A stretch of 64,000 bases of DNA from a virus (Duplodnaviria > Heunggongvirae > Uroviricota > Caudoviricetes). The notes beneath the pieces were generated by a model. It was not told where the DNA came from, made no database searches, and saw only the letters and a list, made by a program, of their open reading frames with translations. The stretch lies in the IMG/VR virus record IMGVR_UViG_3300041405_000130, one strand, 5' to 3'. Positions 52,620-61,820 of the stretch are shown piece after piece (position 1 is the stretch's first letter; each line of letters begins with the position of its first letter). The position numbers and the translations under genes are program-made.

Positions 52620-53996
52620 TTATGCGGCGGCTGCAATATCCAGTTGTTGGGAAGCATTAGCCGCTTTCTTTTTGATAGGTGGGCGCGGTGGCTCTGGTTG
52701 TAGAGCATAGTTCTCCGCGACGTATTTGTCATCCAACGTATCCAGCTTATCAATGAAGGCCAGATGATCGTCAGGGTGTTCCATGAAGATCCCTGCCAAA
52801 GTAGAAGCGGGAACATCTGGGTACACTACATTACGATCGTAAGTAGGATTATCATACATCGAGTCAATGTAACGCTTGATCTCAGGGTCTTTCAACGGCA
52901 ACACTTCGATCAGTTTGTTCACACGGGACGGACGGTAGACCGCTGGGTCGATCAGTTCCAAGTGGTTAGTAGTCAGGATGATAATGATGTCATCCAGTTC
53001 TACAACGCCTTGTAGGACGTTGAGGAAGGTACTGAGTTGAATCTCACAGTCCATCAACAACGCTTCTGGTTTCTTATCAGCACTGCCGCCATCGAAATCA
53101 GACATTTCGACTTTCTTAGCACCAACCCGTCGGTGCAAAGATTTCACATCATCAAAGTCTTCAATGACCAACATATCGCCAGGAGACAGTTTACCCATCA
53201 GATCCACTAACTGACGACCATGGGAAGCCAGATTGAGGAAGTGGATGTCTCGCTTGTACTTACGACCAGCCCGTTTGATCAACGAAGTTTTACCAGTACC
53301 GGGAGGACCGTGCAACACGATGGTGTGCTTGTAAGCCAAACCACGTTTACGGTACCAAGCTTCGTTCTTCATGTACCAGTCGATAGAGCCAAAGAAATCT
53401 TTCTCTACTTCAGGATCAATGATCAATGTTTCGTCTGCATCTAAACGCAACCGGCCTTGGAAGTTCCAACCGTCATTGGCTGGACCATAGATTCGGATGG
53501 ACTTTTTGCATGGCTTGATTCGGAACTCTTCTACCAGTTCTTCAAATGGAGCAGTAGTACGACCGAACGTATAAAGCGTAAACTCTTCTTTCTCGATATC
53601 GGTACCGGAAGAATTCAAACGTACCACGTTAAACCAGAAGTAGCGACCTTTCCAGACGAACCAGTGAAAGCCAGTACCAGGACCAAAGGCTGGATTATCT
53701 CGATCGAATGTAACACGACGATTACGATCGTACTTAGCCCATTTCGACTTGGAGAACCATCGCATAAACTCGATGTAGTTCTGCATGTCCATGGAATAAG
53801 AACCAGCACGAGTGAAGGTCATTGACGAGATGGTGTTCCGTTTAATGAAACTCCAGATCGTTCTGGGAATGGTACGTCCCAGATAACCCAACAAGCCCAT
53901 AAGGCCCAAGGTCATAAAACCTTTTACCGTTGAGTCTCCCGAACTCAACATTTCTAGCGTCTTGTGAAAGAACGCCAAAATATCTGTTACAAGCAT
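52620..53996 (-). CDS. BCS1-like membrane-anchored AAA+ ATPase
   Basis: N-terminal TM (MTLGLMGLLGYLG), Walker A GPPGTGKTS, Walker B MLVIEDFDD (BCS1-type IEDxD), Arg-finger region; 458 aa. Confidence 0.65.
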   Translation of the reverse strand: MLVTDILAFFHKTLEMLSSGDSTVKGFMTLGLMGLLGYLGRTIPRTIWSFIKRNTISSMTFTRAGSYSMDMQNYIEFMRWFSKSKWAKYDRNRRVTFDRDNPAFGPGTGFHWFVWKGRYFWFNVVRLNSSGTDIEKEEFTLYTFGRTTAPFEELVEEFRIKPCKKSIRIYGPANDGWNFQGRLRLDADETLIIDPEVEKDFFGSIDWYMKNEAWYRKRGLAYKHTIVLHGPPGTGKTSLIKRAGRKYKRDIHFLNLASHGRQLVDLMGKLSPGDMLVIEDFDDVKSLHRRVGAKKVEMSDFDGGSADKKPEALLMDCEIQLSTFLNVLQGVVELDDIIIILTTNHLELIDPAVYRPSRVNKLIEVLPLKDPEIKRYIDSMYDNPTYDRNVVYPDVPASTLAGIFMEHPDDHLAFIDKLDTLDDKYVAENYALQPEPPRPPIKKKAANASQQLDIAAAA

Positions 53997-54706
53997 TATT
54001 CCGCCCCAGGCATCAGCAGTACTGTTGTGTCGAAACCTTCGGCTCGGACATAGTCAAAGAAAGGATCTTCCAAGCCTACCTCTTCACCAGGTTCGCATTT
54101 TTCTTTCAGGTGATTATCGCAATAAACGATAGCGTTTTCTGTTTGGCGTTTTACCAAACGGAAGAAATCCGCTGTAAGTAACAGCACCACAGTGATTGTC
54201 AAGTGTTTGGTAGTACGCGGTATCGACCACTTGTGATCTTCGCGCTCATCCAGGCCAACCCCAACTACGATCATGTCGAAGTTTTCACGGAGTTGGTCAT
54301 AACCGAGGCGTTGTTGTGAACGGAGACCTTCTAATTGGACGTCCAAACCCCAGCTCATTACGTGGTTGATGGTAGCGGCATGAATCATTTCATGAATGGC
54401 ACCATACGAATTTTCGGCGTCGTTTAGATCGGGCCAATACGTACGGATGTTTTCATGCATAACCCACAGATTGCCATCTGCCATTCGACTCATGGGAACC
54501 GTACGGATGTTAACCTGTACGAGTTCTTTAGAATCGATCGACAATGCTTCAGGCATCCACGCCAGTTTGTCGTACATCAGATCATTCAGATCGTACCGAT
54601 TGATCGGAGCAAACGCTGGTTTGTCGGCAATGAAATGAAAGATACCAGCTATGCGTGGCCGGGAAGAGCTTTGTACAATGTGAGCCTTTTGTTCAACCAA
54701 ATTCAC
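53996..54706 (-). CDS. Putative zinc metalloprotease (HExxH, metzincin-like HEMIHAATINH spacing)
   Basis: HEMIH with a third His at +10; GTG start with strong GAAGGAGG RBS; translationally coupled between the SspB-like and AAA genes. Confidence 0.45.
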   Translation of the reverse strand: MNLVEQKAHIVQSSSRPRIAGIFHFIADKPAFAPINRYDLNDLMYDKLAWMPEALSIDSKELVQVNIRTVPMSRMADGNLWVMHENIRTYWPDLNDAENSYGAIHEMIHAATINHVMSWGLDVQLEGLRSQQRLGYDQLRENFDMIVVGVGLDEREDHKWSIPRTTKHLTITVVLLLTADFFRLVKRQTENAIVYCDNHLKEKCEPGEEVGLEDPFFDYVRAEGFDTTVLLMPGAE

Positions 54707-55449
54707 GCTTTGCCTCCTTCAATTACACGCCAGTTGTTAGGTATAGCGCGTTTGACTTTTGCTGCTGGCAGTTGTGTGCCATTTACATTGCCGAAGTTCA
54801 GTAATGGTGCAGGTTGTTCTTTTGCAACCGGTTTTGCAGGACGTTGTGCCAGGGGCTTACGACGCATGAGTTCCACATTGGTCGGCAGTTTATTACCTTC
54901 CTCATCATGAGTAGCAATTTCCACACCATGTACAGCGTACGGAGAATCTTCAATAGCCTTTGCAGCTTTGAATGGAGGTGGAGTGGTATCTTGAGCAGAA
55001 CCTGGGAATGTCCCGCCACCTTCGAAAGCATTCAACTGAGGAATGCCTTCTTCTTCAAACATTTTGTGGAGATCTTGCATTTGTTTCACCCCGAGCAATT
55101 CACGCTCGAAGTTAGGAATGGGGAGAATGCTTTCGTAGTTCTCTGTGGTTGGTACAGCGAAGCCCAGTACTGCTTCGTACGGAACTTCCAGATAAACATC
55201 AGCACCATTATAGCCACACTGAAAACTGAAGTTGTCTTCATTGTAACGGAAATTGCGAGTTGCGTTTGCAGCGATATTCAGACGGATCTGGTATAACCCG
55301 TTGATCTCTGGTTCTAACAGCCCGACATCAAACATCCGAGCATCGGTGATGATGTGAATACGACGGGACATGTCCATGTCGACGAACCATTGAATCATGG
55401 TATTCATAATTGCGCGAGTCATGTTCAGCTCAGGTGCTACTTGTTGCAT
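54703..55449 (-). CDS. SspB-like ClpXP specificity-enhancing adaptor homologue
   Basis: N-terminal domain aligns with SspB residues 10-100 (W..D...H..VD.....V.VP.....G.I.LNIA..A..N......V.F.....G......VP..AVL.....EN); Pro-rich linker and a C-terminal ..WRVIEGGKA tail reminiscent of the SspB ClpX-binding LRVVK. Confidence 0.55.
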   Translation of the reverse strand: MQQVAPELNMTRAIMNTMIQWFVDMDMSRRIHIITDARMFDVGLLEPEINGLYQIRLNIAANATRNFRYNEDNFSFQCGYNGADVYLEVPYEAVLGFAVPTTENYESILPIPNFERELLGVKQMQDLHKMFEEEGIPQLNAFEGGGTFPGSAQDTTPPPFKAAKAIEDSPYAVHGVEIATHDEEGNKLPTNVELMRRKPLAQRPAKPVAKEQPAPLLNFGNVNGTQLPAAKVKRAIPNNWRVIEGGKA

Positions 55450-55484
55450 CGTCTTACTCCAAATTTTAACGTTAGTATTCAGTT

Positions 55485-55513
55485 AAGTAATATAGATTTC
55501 AGATTTGTTGCAC
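55485..55513 (-). promoter_or_regulatory. Promoter-like motif (minus: GCAACAAATCTGAAATCTATATTACTT) driving the sspB-like / protease / AAA / prs / nadV operon
   Basis: AATCTGAAATCTATATTAC, identical to the motif at 63773-63806. Confidence 0.5.
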
Positions 55514-55710
55514 TACAACAACAGCATGCCGGCGATACATGCAACGTCTATTAGTATCGCAATACCAAGAAGCCACCGCATAAAACGTTTAGTGTCTGGT
55601 AGATATACCGTCCACCATACCCCTGCTGAGGCACACCCGGCCAAAATACCGATAGATAATACTTGCGACAGTGCAGCTAATACGGCAAATAAAAACGGAT
55701 GCTCTAGCAT
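55513..55710 (-). CDS. Tiny membrane protein (65 aa), first of a run of 4 overlapping small hydrophobic ORFs (to ~56170)
   Basis: Hydrophobic; ATG-coupled chain. Confidence 0.4.
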   Translation of the reverse strand: MLEHPFLFAVLAALSQVLSIGILAGCASAGVWWTVYLPDTKRFMRWLLGIAILIDVACIAGMLLL

Positions 55711-55825
55711 GATTTAAACCACCGCCACAACAGCCGGCCAAGTTCCAATACACCCCAGCCAACCACAGAGATCGCCAAGACCATCATAAACAGTTCTAGG
55801 TACATGTCTTGCGCATTGAAGGTCA

Positions 55826-56035
55826 TTACTTCACCACCATCACTAGCAGAGCTGCAGCGGTCATTAACACTAACCCACTGAACTTTTCATCCGAGTGGGA
55901 TCGACCGATGTCATCAGCATCTACATCCGGGCCACGTTCACCGAAGAATATCCCGGCACCAATTACGAATAAAACAAAGGCAACTAAATACAAGCCCCAC
56001 ATACTAACAAGCCGTAGTGGTAATGATGCCAGCAA
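55826..56035 (-). CDS. Tiny membrane protein (69 aa)
   Basis: Hydrophobic, acidic tail. Confidence 0.4.
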   Translation of the reverse strand: MLASLPLRLVSMWGLYLVAFVLFVIGAGIFFGERGPDVDADDIGRSHSDEKFSGLVLMTAAALLVMVVK

Positions 56036-56199
56036 TAATAGCTACGATACCACCAATAAGGCAGTCACGATCCCAACCGCGCTTTTTACTGCGAGAAAAC
56101 AAGAGTGCTATAACACCCACCACAATCAGAGTACCACCCATTGCTAGAATCCTTTTGTATCGATGGGACATAAAGCCTTCCGCAAGGGAAGGCTAAATA

Positions 56200-56574
56200 T
56201 CAATAAACTAGGGAAATAGTTTTCCCGTAGTCATTCGCCATACAGCTGACGTATGAAGTCTGATAGGTGTCCATCGGATTTTTCTTTTCCCGATAAACAG
56301 TATCCACCTCAGCTACCGCTTTAGGAAGAATGCTGTAAAGAACGTTATCTTTATTCTTCACAACGTATCCCTTTAGGGAGAGAAGGTTAGAGCGCCATTG
56401 TTGCTTGGTCTCTCCGCGCGATTTCGCTTCTGCTCCAGCTTTTGCCAAATCGGCTAAGCTTTCACAATAAGTTCCATTCGCGACAACCGTCTCTGTTGCC
56501 ATTGTATTACTTGCAGCCGCTAATGCGGTTACAAGAACCAACGACCTCAGTACGTGTGTTAAACATTGCATCAC
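56200..56574 (-). CDS. Secreted protein (124 aa)
   Basis: Signal peptide ..ASNTMA. Confidence 0.5.
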   Translation of the reverse strand: MMQCLTHVLRSLVLVTALAAASNTMATETVVANGTYCESLADLAKAGAEAKSRGETKQQWRSNLLSLKGYVVKNKDNVLYSILPKAVAEVDTVYREKKNPMDTYQTSYVSCMANDYGKTISLVY

Positions 56575-56619
56575 GTTGCCTCATGGTTGATGGGTCAGAA
56601 TATTAATGCACCGGAGTGC

Positions 56620-57078
56620 TTATTCATGAAGCCCACAAAGACGCAGAACACGATATCCTTCGCTTGAGGTGGTGAGAACCCATCCCAATGCGGTCGTGTT
56701 ATTTGGACGAAGTTCACGACGGACGATATGGTCACGAATGCGATGCATTAGGTTAACCACCGACTTAAATGGTGTTTCGAGTTCTACGTGCAGGTTAGAG
56801 AACAGATCGCAATCCATACTCACCATTTTATCATCTTCATTCCAGGCGCAACCAACACCCATAACGAACTTACCCGATGGAACTACCAGCTTCTCTGTAT
56901 TTACCGGTTGATCAGTTTCCAGACGTGTAACATGCTGGTTCAAGAAATCATACAGTTCACAGTTGGTGTCCGTTGGGGATGCCCAATACAGCAATGGCAG
57001 CATTTCGGCACGTTGGATCAACCGACTGGCGATGTAGTCAAAATGCTCATCGTCAATCAAATATAAAACTGAAGTCAT
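56620..57078 (-). CDS. Hypothetical protein (152 aa)
   Basis: ORF. Confidence 0.5.
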   Translation of the reverse strand: MTSVLYLIDDEHFDYIASRLIQRAEMLPLLYWASPTDTNCELYDFLNQHVTRLETDQPVNTEKLVVPSGKFVMGVGCAWNEDDKMVSMDCDLFSNLHVELETPFKSVVNLMHRIRDHIVRRELRPNNTTALGWVLTTSSEGYRVLRLCGLHE

Positions 57079-57086
57079 GGAGTTCC

Positions 57087-57548
57087 TTAAACATTCCGGT
57101 CAATGTGGGAAACAGAAGCGACATGGTTACGACACAAGGCAACTGCTTCACCTTCTTCATCCCAACCCATACCCCAACCACGAAGTTCCATACCCAGTGC
57201 AATAAAGCCATGAGTAGTACGTGCGTGTGTAATAACTGCTTCTTTACCTTCAATCAGTAATTCCTGCAGTTGTTTGTCGGGACCACCTACCAGGTTAGTC
57301 CATAACACATCACCATGTTGAACTTTGCCATCCTGGTTCAATACCAGACGAGCACCAATCTGTAAATCTTCCACAGGATCATAGCCGACCAATACCCCGG
57401 CTTTGTTCCGTGTCAACCAACGCGCTTCCCGCATTAGCAGTTTATCTACCAGAGTTGCTTTCAACGTGCCTTCTGGTAAATAGGTATTCGCAGTAATGGC
57501 GATACCCAGTTCCTCGAAATGTTTCCGAGCAATTACAGGATGCTGCAT
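57087..57548 (-). CDS. Hypothetical protein (153 aa)
   Basis: ORF, GAAGGG RBS. Confidence 0.5.
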   Translation of the reverse strand: MQHPVIARKHFEELGIAITANTYLPEGTLKATLVDKLLMREARWLTRNKAGVLVGYDPVEDLQIGARLVLNQDGKVQHGDVLWTNLVGGPDKQLQELLIEGKEAVITHARTTHGFIALGMELRGWGMGWDEEGEAVALCRNHVASVSHIDRNV

Positions 57549-57550
57549 GC

Positions 57551-57706
57551 TTAACCCTTCTTCTTTTCTAATGCATCCAACCGTCTTTCGAGTTCACTTT
57601 GCTTCTTAACGAGCCCACTCATCTGTTTAACCAGTTTCAGGTTGTCGTCGATGAGAACTTGCATCTGTTCCTGAAGTTCGTGTATCATCTCGGTCTTTGT
57701 CTTCAT
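57551..57706 (-). CDS. Small coiled-coil protein (~51 aa)
   Basis: Below the ORF-track threshold; MKTKTEMIHELQEQMQVLIDDNLKLVKQ... heptad pattern. Confidence 0.35.
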   Translation of the reverse strand: MKTKTEMIHELQEQMQVLIDDNLKLVKQMSGLVKKQSELERRLDALEKKKG

Positions 57707-57708
57707 GA

Positions 57709-58140
57709 TTAGATCGTGTTATCGAAAACCCAATCGCCGTGATGGGTTTTGTTATGAAATGCCACAGGTGCAGGAGGACGGTTGTAGTTACCATGAACAT
57801 GGAACGTTGTAATCAACCGACGACGACGGTAGTACTCTTCCAGTTCAACAAAGTACTGGTTTGTATTAGAGTCCACCGTAATAGTAGCCACGAGCTTTTG
57901 CACGGACTGGCTCCGCTTATCCCAAATCTGGAACTTCTTCACATCCACGTAAGAGTGGATCGTTGGTACTGTTTTAAAGGCATGGACGGCTTGGCCATCA
58001 GCTTCAAACGTCAACCCCGCAGTAATCCAAAAAGGATCACCTAAAGTCTTGTCTTCTGTGCCACGGACAAAGTCACCTAGGTCACCCGTTCGTTGATCGT
58101 AGAGTGCAACTTGAACTTCAATCATACCGCAATGCTCCAC
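57709..58140 (-). CDS. Hypothetical protein (143 aa)
   Basis: ORF. Confidence 0.5.
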   Translation of the reverse strand: MEHCGMIEVQVALYDQRTGDLGDFVRGTEDKTLGDPFWITAGLTFEADGQAVHAFKTVPTIHSYVDVKKFQIWDKRSQSVQKLVATITVDSNTNQYFVELEEYYRRRRLITTFHVHGNYNRPPAPVAFHNKTHHGDWVFDNTI

Positions 58141-58499
58141 AGGTGTGAAGGAATCGCAGGATCTTGAGAGAACTCGACTACGGTTTGGAACGGGGTCAAC
58201 CGACGCATGCTAACAGGTTTAATCCAACGCATTCGTTTGAGCTGTAATTCAATCTCCAGCTCAGCAATCATCTCGTTCTGGATGCGATCAAAGAACGTAA
58301 AGACAATCCGATTGGGGAATTCAATCTGAGGCTCTTTATAGAACCCCAGTTCCGATTCGTAGATCTGTGGCCCTTGTGTTACCGACAGTACGTTGGCATC
58401 AATGAACGTGTGGTCCTTTGAGCCTACATGTACCAAAGAGTTAGATCTGCCAGACACTACTCCGGGATTGGAATAGTCAAGCGTCAGACGAGTCTTCAT
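58122..58499 (-). CDS. Hypothetical protein (125 aa)
   Basis: ORF. Confidence 0.5.
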   Translation of the reverse strand: MKTRLTLDYSNPGVVSGRSNSLVHVGSKDHTFIDANVLSVTQGPQIYESELGFYKEPQIEFPNRIVFTFFDRIQNEMIAELEIELQLKRMRWIKPVSMRRLTPFQTVVEFSQDPAIPSHLWSIAV

Positions 58500-58905
58500 G
58501 GGTATCCTCGATTTGAACGAGGAAAGCGACGGTCACATTGTGTGCTGCTTCAATAATACTTGCAGGCACTTCTTCACCCATATTAGCCCCGACAACAATC
58601 CGATGGAATGGACCACCGATTACGATAGAAGCTACACGATTCAGATTACACCAGATATCAACCCATTGTCCACTACCTTCTTGTGTACGATGAGGACGAA
58701 TGGTGAACGTAAACCCTGGAGCTGGTACACCTGTATAATGAGCAGAAACTTGAACCGGAGTGATCCAGTGAATGTCAGCGATTTCGACACCCAAGAAACC
58801 TGGGAGCTCGTAACATTCCGATGCGAACAAAGGAACTTGAACGATAGCCTGCTTTACGCCACTGCTTTCGTCGATTGGCATTCTTCGGATTGTGAGTTCA
58901 GACAT
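58477..58905 (-). CDS. Hypothetical protein (142 aa)
   Basis: ORF. Confidence 0.5.
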   Translation of the reverse strand: MSELTIRRMPIDESSGVKQAIVQVPLFASECYELPGFLGVEIADIHWITPVQVSAHYTGVPAPGFTFTIRPHRTQEGSGQWVDIWCNLNRVASIVIGGPFHRIVVGANMGEEVPASIIEAAHNVTVAFLVQIEDTHEDSSDA

Positions 58906-59240
58906 GTGCTTTCCTGCGTTGTGGTTTGGACGGTAATATGGAAGTCGATGCCAGCTGGACGATCCATGGGGTTACCGAGTTTCAGTACATACATACCATT
59001 TTCAATATCGATCATCAAAGCACCGATACGTTCAGATTCTTTTGGACCTTTCTTGTAAATAGTCCGTTGGTAAACACCAGGGATGATTGCTTCATTTGCA
59101 ATGAAGTATTCCTTGGTTTCTTCTTGATGTGCATCGAGCAGCTTGCAGCAGATAATCTTTTCAATTTTAGTGCCATCTTTGAAAAGTGCATGGGTAGCCT
59201 CACCCATGTCCAGCAACGGGATACGTGCAACTTTGTTCAA
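58854..59240 (-). CDS. Hypothetical protein (128 aa; TTG start with GGAG RBS, or ATG 11 codons in)
   Basis: ORF. Confidence 0.45.
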   Translation of the reverse strand: MNKVARIPLLDMGEATHALFKDGTKIEKIICCKLLDAHQEETKEYFIANEAIIPGVYQRTIYKKGPKESERIGALMIDIENGMYVLKLGNPMDRPAGIDFHITVQTTTQESTCLNSQSEECQSTKAVA

Positions 59241-59363
59241 CGTCTTAACTCCGGTTATTGTTTCTTAGAATAAGGATGTTGCTTTGCAACCATGTTACAG
59301 AATAAAAGCCTACTCCTTTGCTCTTAGTGGGACTGTTCACCTATACTAAGAGTAAGCCGAGTA

Positions 59364-59420
59364 TAAAAAAGAAAAACTAGTGGTATGGACTCCCCTAACC
59401 CGAAGGCCAGAGGAGTCCAT
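59364..59420 (-). terminator. Compound hairpin (GGACTCC...GGAGTCC with an inner CCGAAGG) + U-rich tract, after CDS 59436-59798; followed by a ~190-nt non-coding leader
   Basis: Read from sequence. Confidence 0.45.
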
Positions 59421-59435
59421 TCCGAATAGGAAGAA

Positions 59436-59798
59436 CTATGCAGGTTCAACTTTCAAAGCATAGTTGATAACGTGCTTGGGATTACCCTTCACACGGATGT
59501 CTACTTTAGCACTGTCGATGTGGTACCACTCGAGTTCAATCTCGTGGATCTCACATTTGTGCCACCAGTCGTACAATGCGGCCAGAGTAGACTCGCCATC
59601 GCCATGCATTACAACCGAAGAAACTTCTACACCCTCATGACGAGAGTCGGTAGCAGTAACGGTCATTTGGCGATCAATAGGTTTACGGCTGAAGCGGTCT
59701 ACCAGAGTGAATTTCAACTTCTCTGCGTTGAGACCCACTGGGACCAGATCTTCAAAAGTTACGGTGTTGTCAGTTAGGTTAAGATATAGTGCGGTCAT
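59436..59798 (-). CDS. Hypothetical protein (120 aa)
   Basis: ORF. Confidence 0.5.
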   Translation of the reverse strand: MTALYLNLTDNTVTFEDLVPVGLNAEKLKFTLVDRFSRKPIDRQMTVTATDSRHEGVEVSSVVMHGDGESTLAALYDWWHKCEIHEIELEWYHIDSAKVDIRVKGNPKHVINYALKVEPA

Positions 59799-59849
59799 TT
59801 GGGAACCTCCTCCTGGATAATATTCTTTTATCCGGCTCCCGTAATAAGC

Positions 59850-60140
59850 TTACGGTTGTCGGAATGATTGTAGTTGAAACTGGACGAGCTGTAAGCGTGT
59901 CTCATTGCTTATTCTGTCCGATATGTCGTGATGGTCAAGTGTAGCGTTAACGCTGAGTGTAATGCATTCCAGCACCGCTACCGCCCTACTGATGTCCGGT
60001 TGAAAGATCACATCACCGGTGTTCAGCAATACGTTTAAGTGTTTTACTATCTTGCGTATATCCTCCGTATCAGCTCCACTCAAATAGAGATGGGCGGTTT
60101 TCAATACGCAGAGCTTCCACAGCTCTGGGGTTATCATCAT
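59850..60140 (-). CDS. Hypothetical protein (96 aa)
   Basis: ORF, AAGGAG RBS. Confidence 0.5.
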   Translation of the reverse strand: MMITPELWKLCVLKTAHLYLSGADTEDIRKIVKHLNVLLNTGDVIFQPDISRAVAVLECITLSVNATLDHHDISDRISNETRLQLVQFQLQSFRQP

Positions 60141-60157
60141 AACGCACTCCTTGATGG

Positions 60158-60193
60158 GGCATATTGGCTCTCCCGGAGGAGAGCCTTTATGCG
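60158..60193. repeat. Hairpin element CATATTGGCTCTCC-CGGA-GGAGAGCCTTTATGCGG between two minus genes, with no U-run on minus
   Basis: Same family as 9117-9147 (stem identical except the loop); not a classical terminator here. Confidence 0.5.
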
Positions 60194-60194
60194 G

Positions 60195-60485
60195 TTATAC
60201 AACGTAATCAGTAAAGCGAGGGAACTCGATGGTTTGACCGATCGCTTGCTGGTCTTTACGACAGGCTTCTATAAAAGCATAGAAGTCTTTATTCGACGAT
60301 TCCCGGAACCATTGCATAATGGCCAGGTACTCACCGGTTTTGTGACGACGTTCAATCAGCAAACGACGGACCTCCGACAGCTTCGCCGGATGAGTCACCC
60401 CATTGCAGTTAATAGCGATATCAACAACAGTGAACGAAAGTTTCTTTACAGCACGTTCGCGGTGGGGTTCAAAATCGAGTTCCAT
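60195..60485 (-). CDS. Hypothetical protein (96 aa)
   Basis: ORF. Confidence 0.5.
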   Translation of the reverse strand: MELDFEPHRERAVKKLSFTVVDIAINCNGVTHPAKLSEVRRLLIERRHKTGEYLAIMQWFRESSNKDFYAFIEACRKDQQAIGQTIEFPRFTDYVV

Positions 60486-60520
60486 GGTGAAATCCTTACT
60501 AATTGAAGGGCTAGATTCAA

Positions 60521-60555
60521 GATTGTAATATAGCCTTTTGATTAGTTTAAATCAA
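60521..60555 (-). promoter_or_regulatory. Sigma70-like promoter (minus: TTGATT-17 bp-TATATT AC)
   Basis: Third copy of the TTGATTTAAAC...TATATTAC architecture. Confidence 0.6.
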
Positions 60556-61814
60556 TAAATCGGTGCTTCTGGATACAGCTCGTTGGTAACGATGTACGGA
60601 CCACTGTACGACACGTCACCCTGGTGTCCTTTGTTCCGGTATACACGTTCCCACTTTGGCAGGAACGGCTCTGCGCCGATAGCAGAGAACCCAGACGGAC
60701 TAGAGCTATGTTCACTACCATCTTTCAACATGTAGCGAATATTATCCACATACAGTCGACCATGCATTTCACAGCGTTCCAGCTTCAATCGATCCGATGC
60801 AGCTTTGTACAACTTACCCAGATTGACGATCATGCCCTTGTATAGCGTCTCTGAGTCAACTTCGATACGGAACCGTTGACGAGTGAAGGTATCTTTCAAC
60901 TTACCTTCTACGAGGGCCACATAAGCTTCAGTGCCTACGTCTTGATCATCTTCCAACCGAATGATACGAATTGGATCAAACAGATCGACATAGTCTTTCT
61001 CTTCAATACCAAACAGTCGGAAACCACCTGCTTTGCGCATCACTGGTTCCAGCACCCAAGACAGCATGCCGTTATGTGGAACCAGTGCGTCCCCATGATT
61101 CCGATTATAAAGCGTCACTGGAATTTGGCGTGACAATGAAACATAATCTAGTTTCATGTAGGCCGCATATTCGGTAAGGATTACTGTGCCGTCAGCCAAC
61201 TCACCCAAAGCGATCAGTTTGTCTTTGTTCCATTCCTCTGCAACCTTCCAGCGCTGTAGTGTTTCAGACAACTCAGGAAAGATAGGGACAGGTGCCTCGT
61301 GATGCGTCGAATACGAGTGATACATTGCACTTATACGTCTGGCTCGTGCCACGTAATTTACCCGGTTTTCAAACCGCGGCATTACTTCGTATTGAGTGGG
61401 ATCAACTTCAGATATGGTAGCCCGATGACGATAGCTTTCATGATCGCCGTAGTGGATTGTATCTGTCCCGTAATATCGGCCCCATTCAACGCCTTGTTCG
61501 TATATATCGGACAACGATACCGGAATTAACGTATCGCAATTCCACAACGTGATATTTTTCTCCATCCCCTCGATAGGGTTAGGGCCTCTGCTTGGTGAGC
61601 AAATACCCCGATAGAGAGAATCATTGTTGTAGCATTTGATCTCGAGACGATCAGCTTGTGTGCCACCGATGTCTTTGTTCAATGCCAGCAGCCAATCATT
61701 GTAACGATTGGAACGGCAGAAAGTTTCAGGGGGCTTTTCTTCAGGTGCAGCAGGTGTTACTGGAACTGGAGTGCTAGAAAAGAAATCGGAAAGCCAAGAG
61801 CAAATAGACATCAT
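60552..61814 (-). CDS. Hypothetical protein (420 aa)
   Basis: ORF. Confidence 0.6.
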   Translation of the reverse strand: MMSICSWLSDFFSSTPVPVTPAAPEEKPPETFCRSNRYNDWLLALNKDIGGTQADRLEIKCYNNDSLYRGICSPSRGPNPIEGMEKNITLWNCDTLIPVSLSDIYEQGVEWGRYYGTDTIHYGDHESYRHRATISEVDPTQYEVMPRFENRVNYVARARRISAMYHSYSTHHEAPVPIFPELSETLQRWKVAEEWNKDKLIALGELADGTVILTEYAAYMKLDYVSLSRQIPVTLYNRNHGDALVPHNGMLSWVLEPVMRKAGGFRLFGIEEKDYVDLFDPIRIIRLEDDQDVGTEAYVALVEGKLKDTFTRQRFRIEVDSETLYKGMIVNLGKLYKAASDRLKLERCEMHGRLYVDNIRYMLKDGSEHSSSPSGFSAIGAEPFLPKWERVYRNKGHQGDVSYSGPYIVTNELYPEAPIY

Positions 61815-61820
61815 TGATCC

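Noticed and set aside
57087-57548. Possible dUTPase/dCTP-deaminase-like beta-barrel
   Set aside because: None of the five dUTPase motifs could be found (no G-x-IDxDYRG, no RGxxGFGS). It is left as hypothetical.
59240-59435. About 195-nt non-coding stretch carrying CCTATACTAAG (resembles the TATATTAC box on the opposite strand)
   Set aside because: Orientation and spacing do not match the promoter family. It is kept only as part of the compound terminator and leader description.
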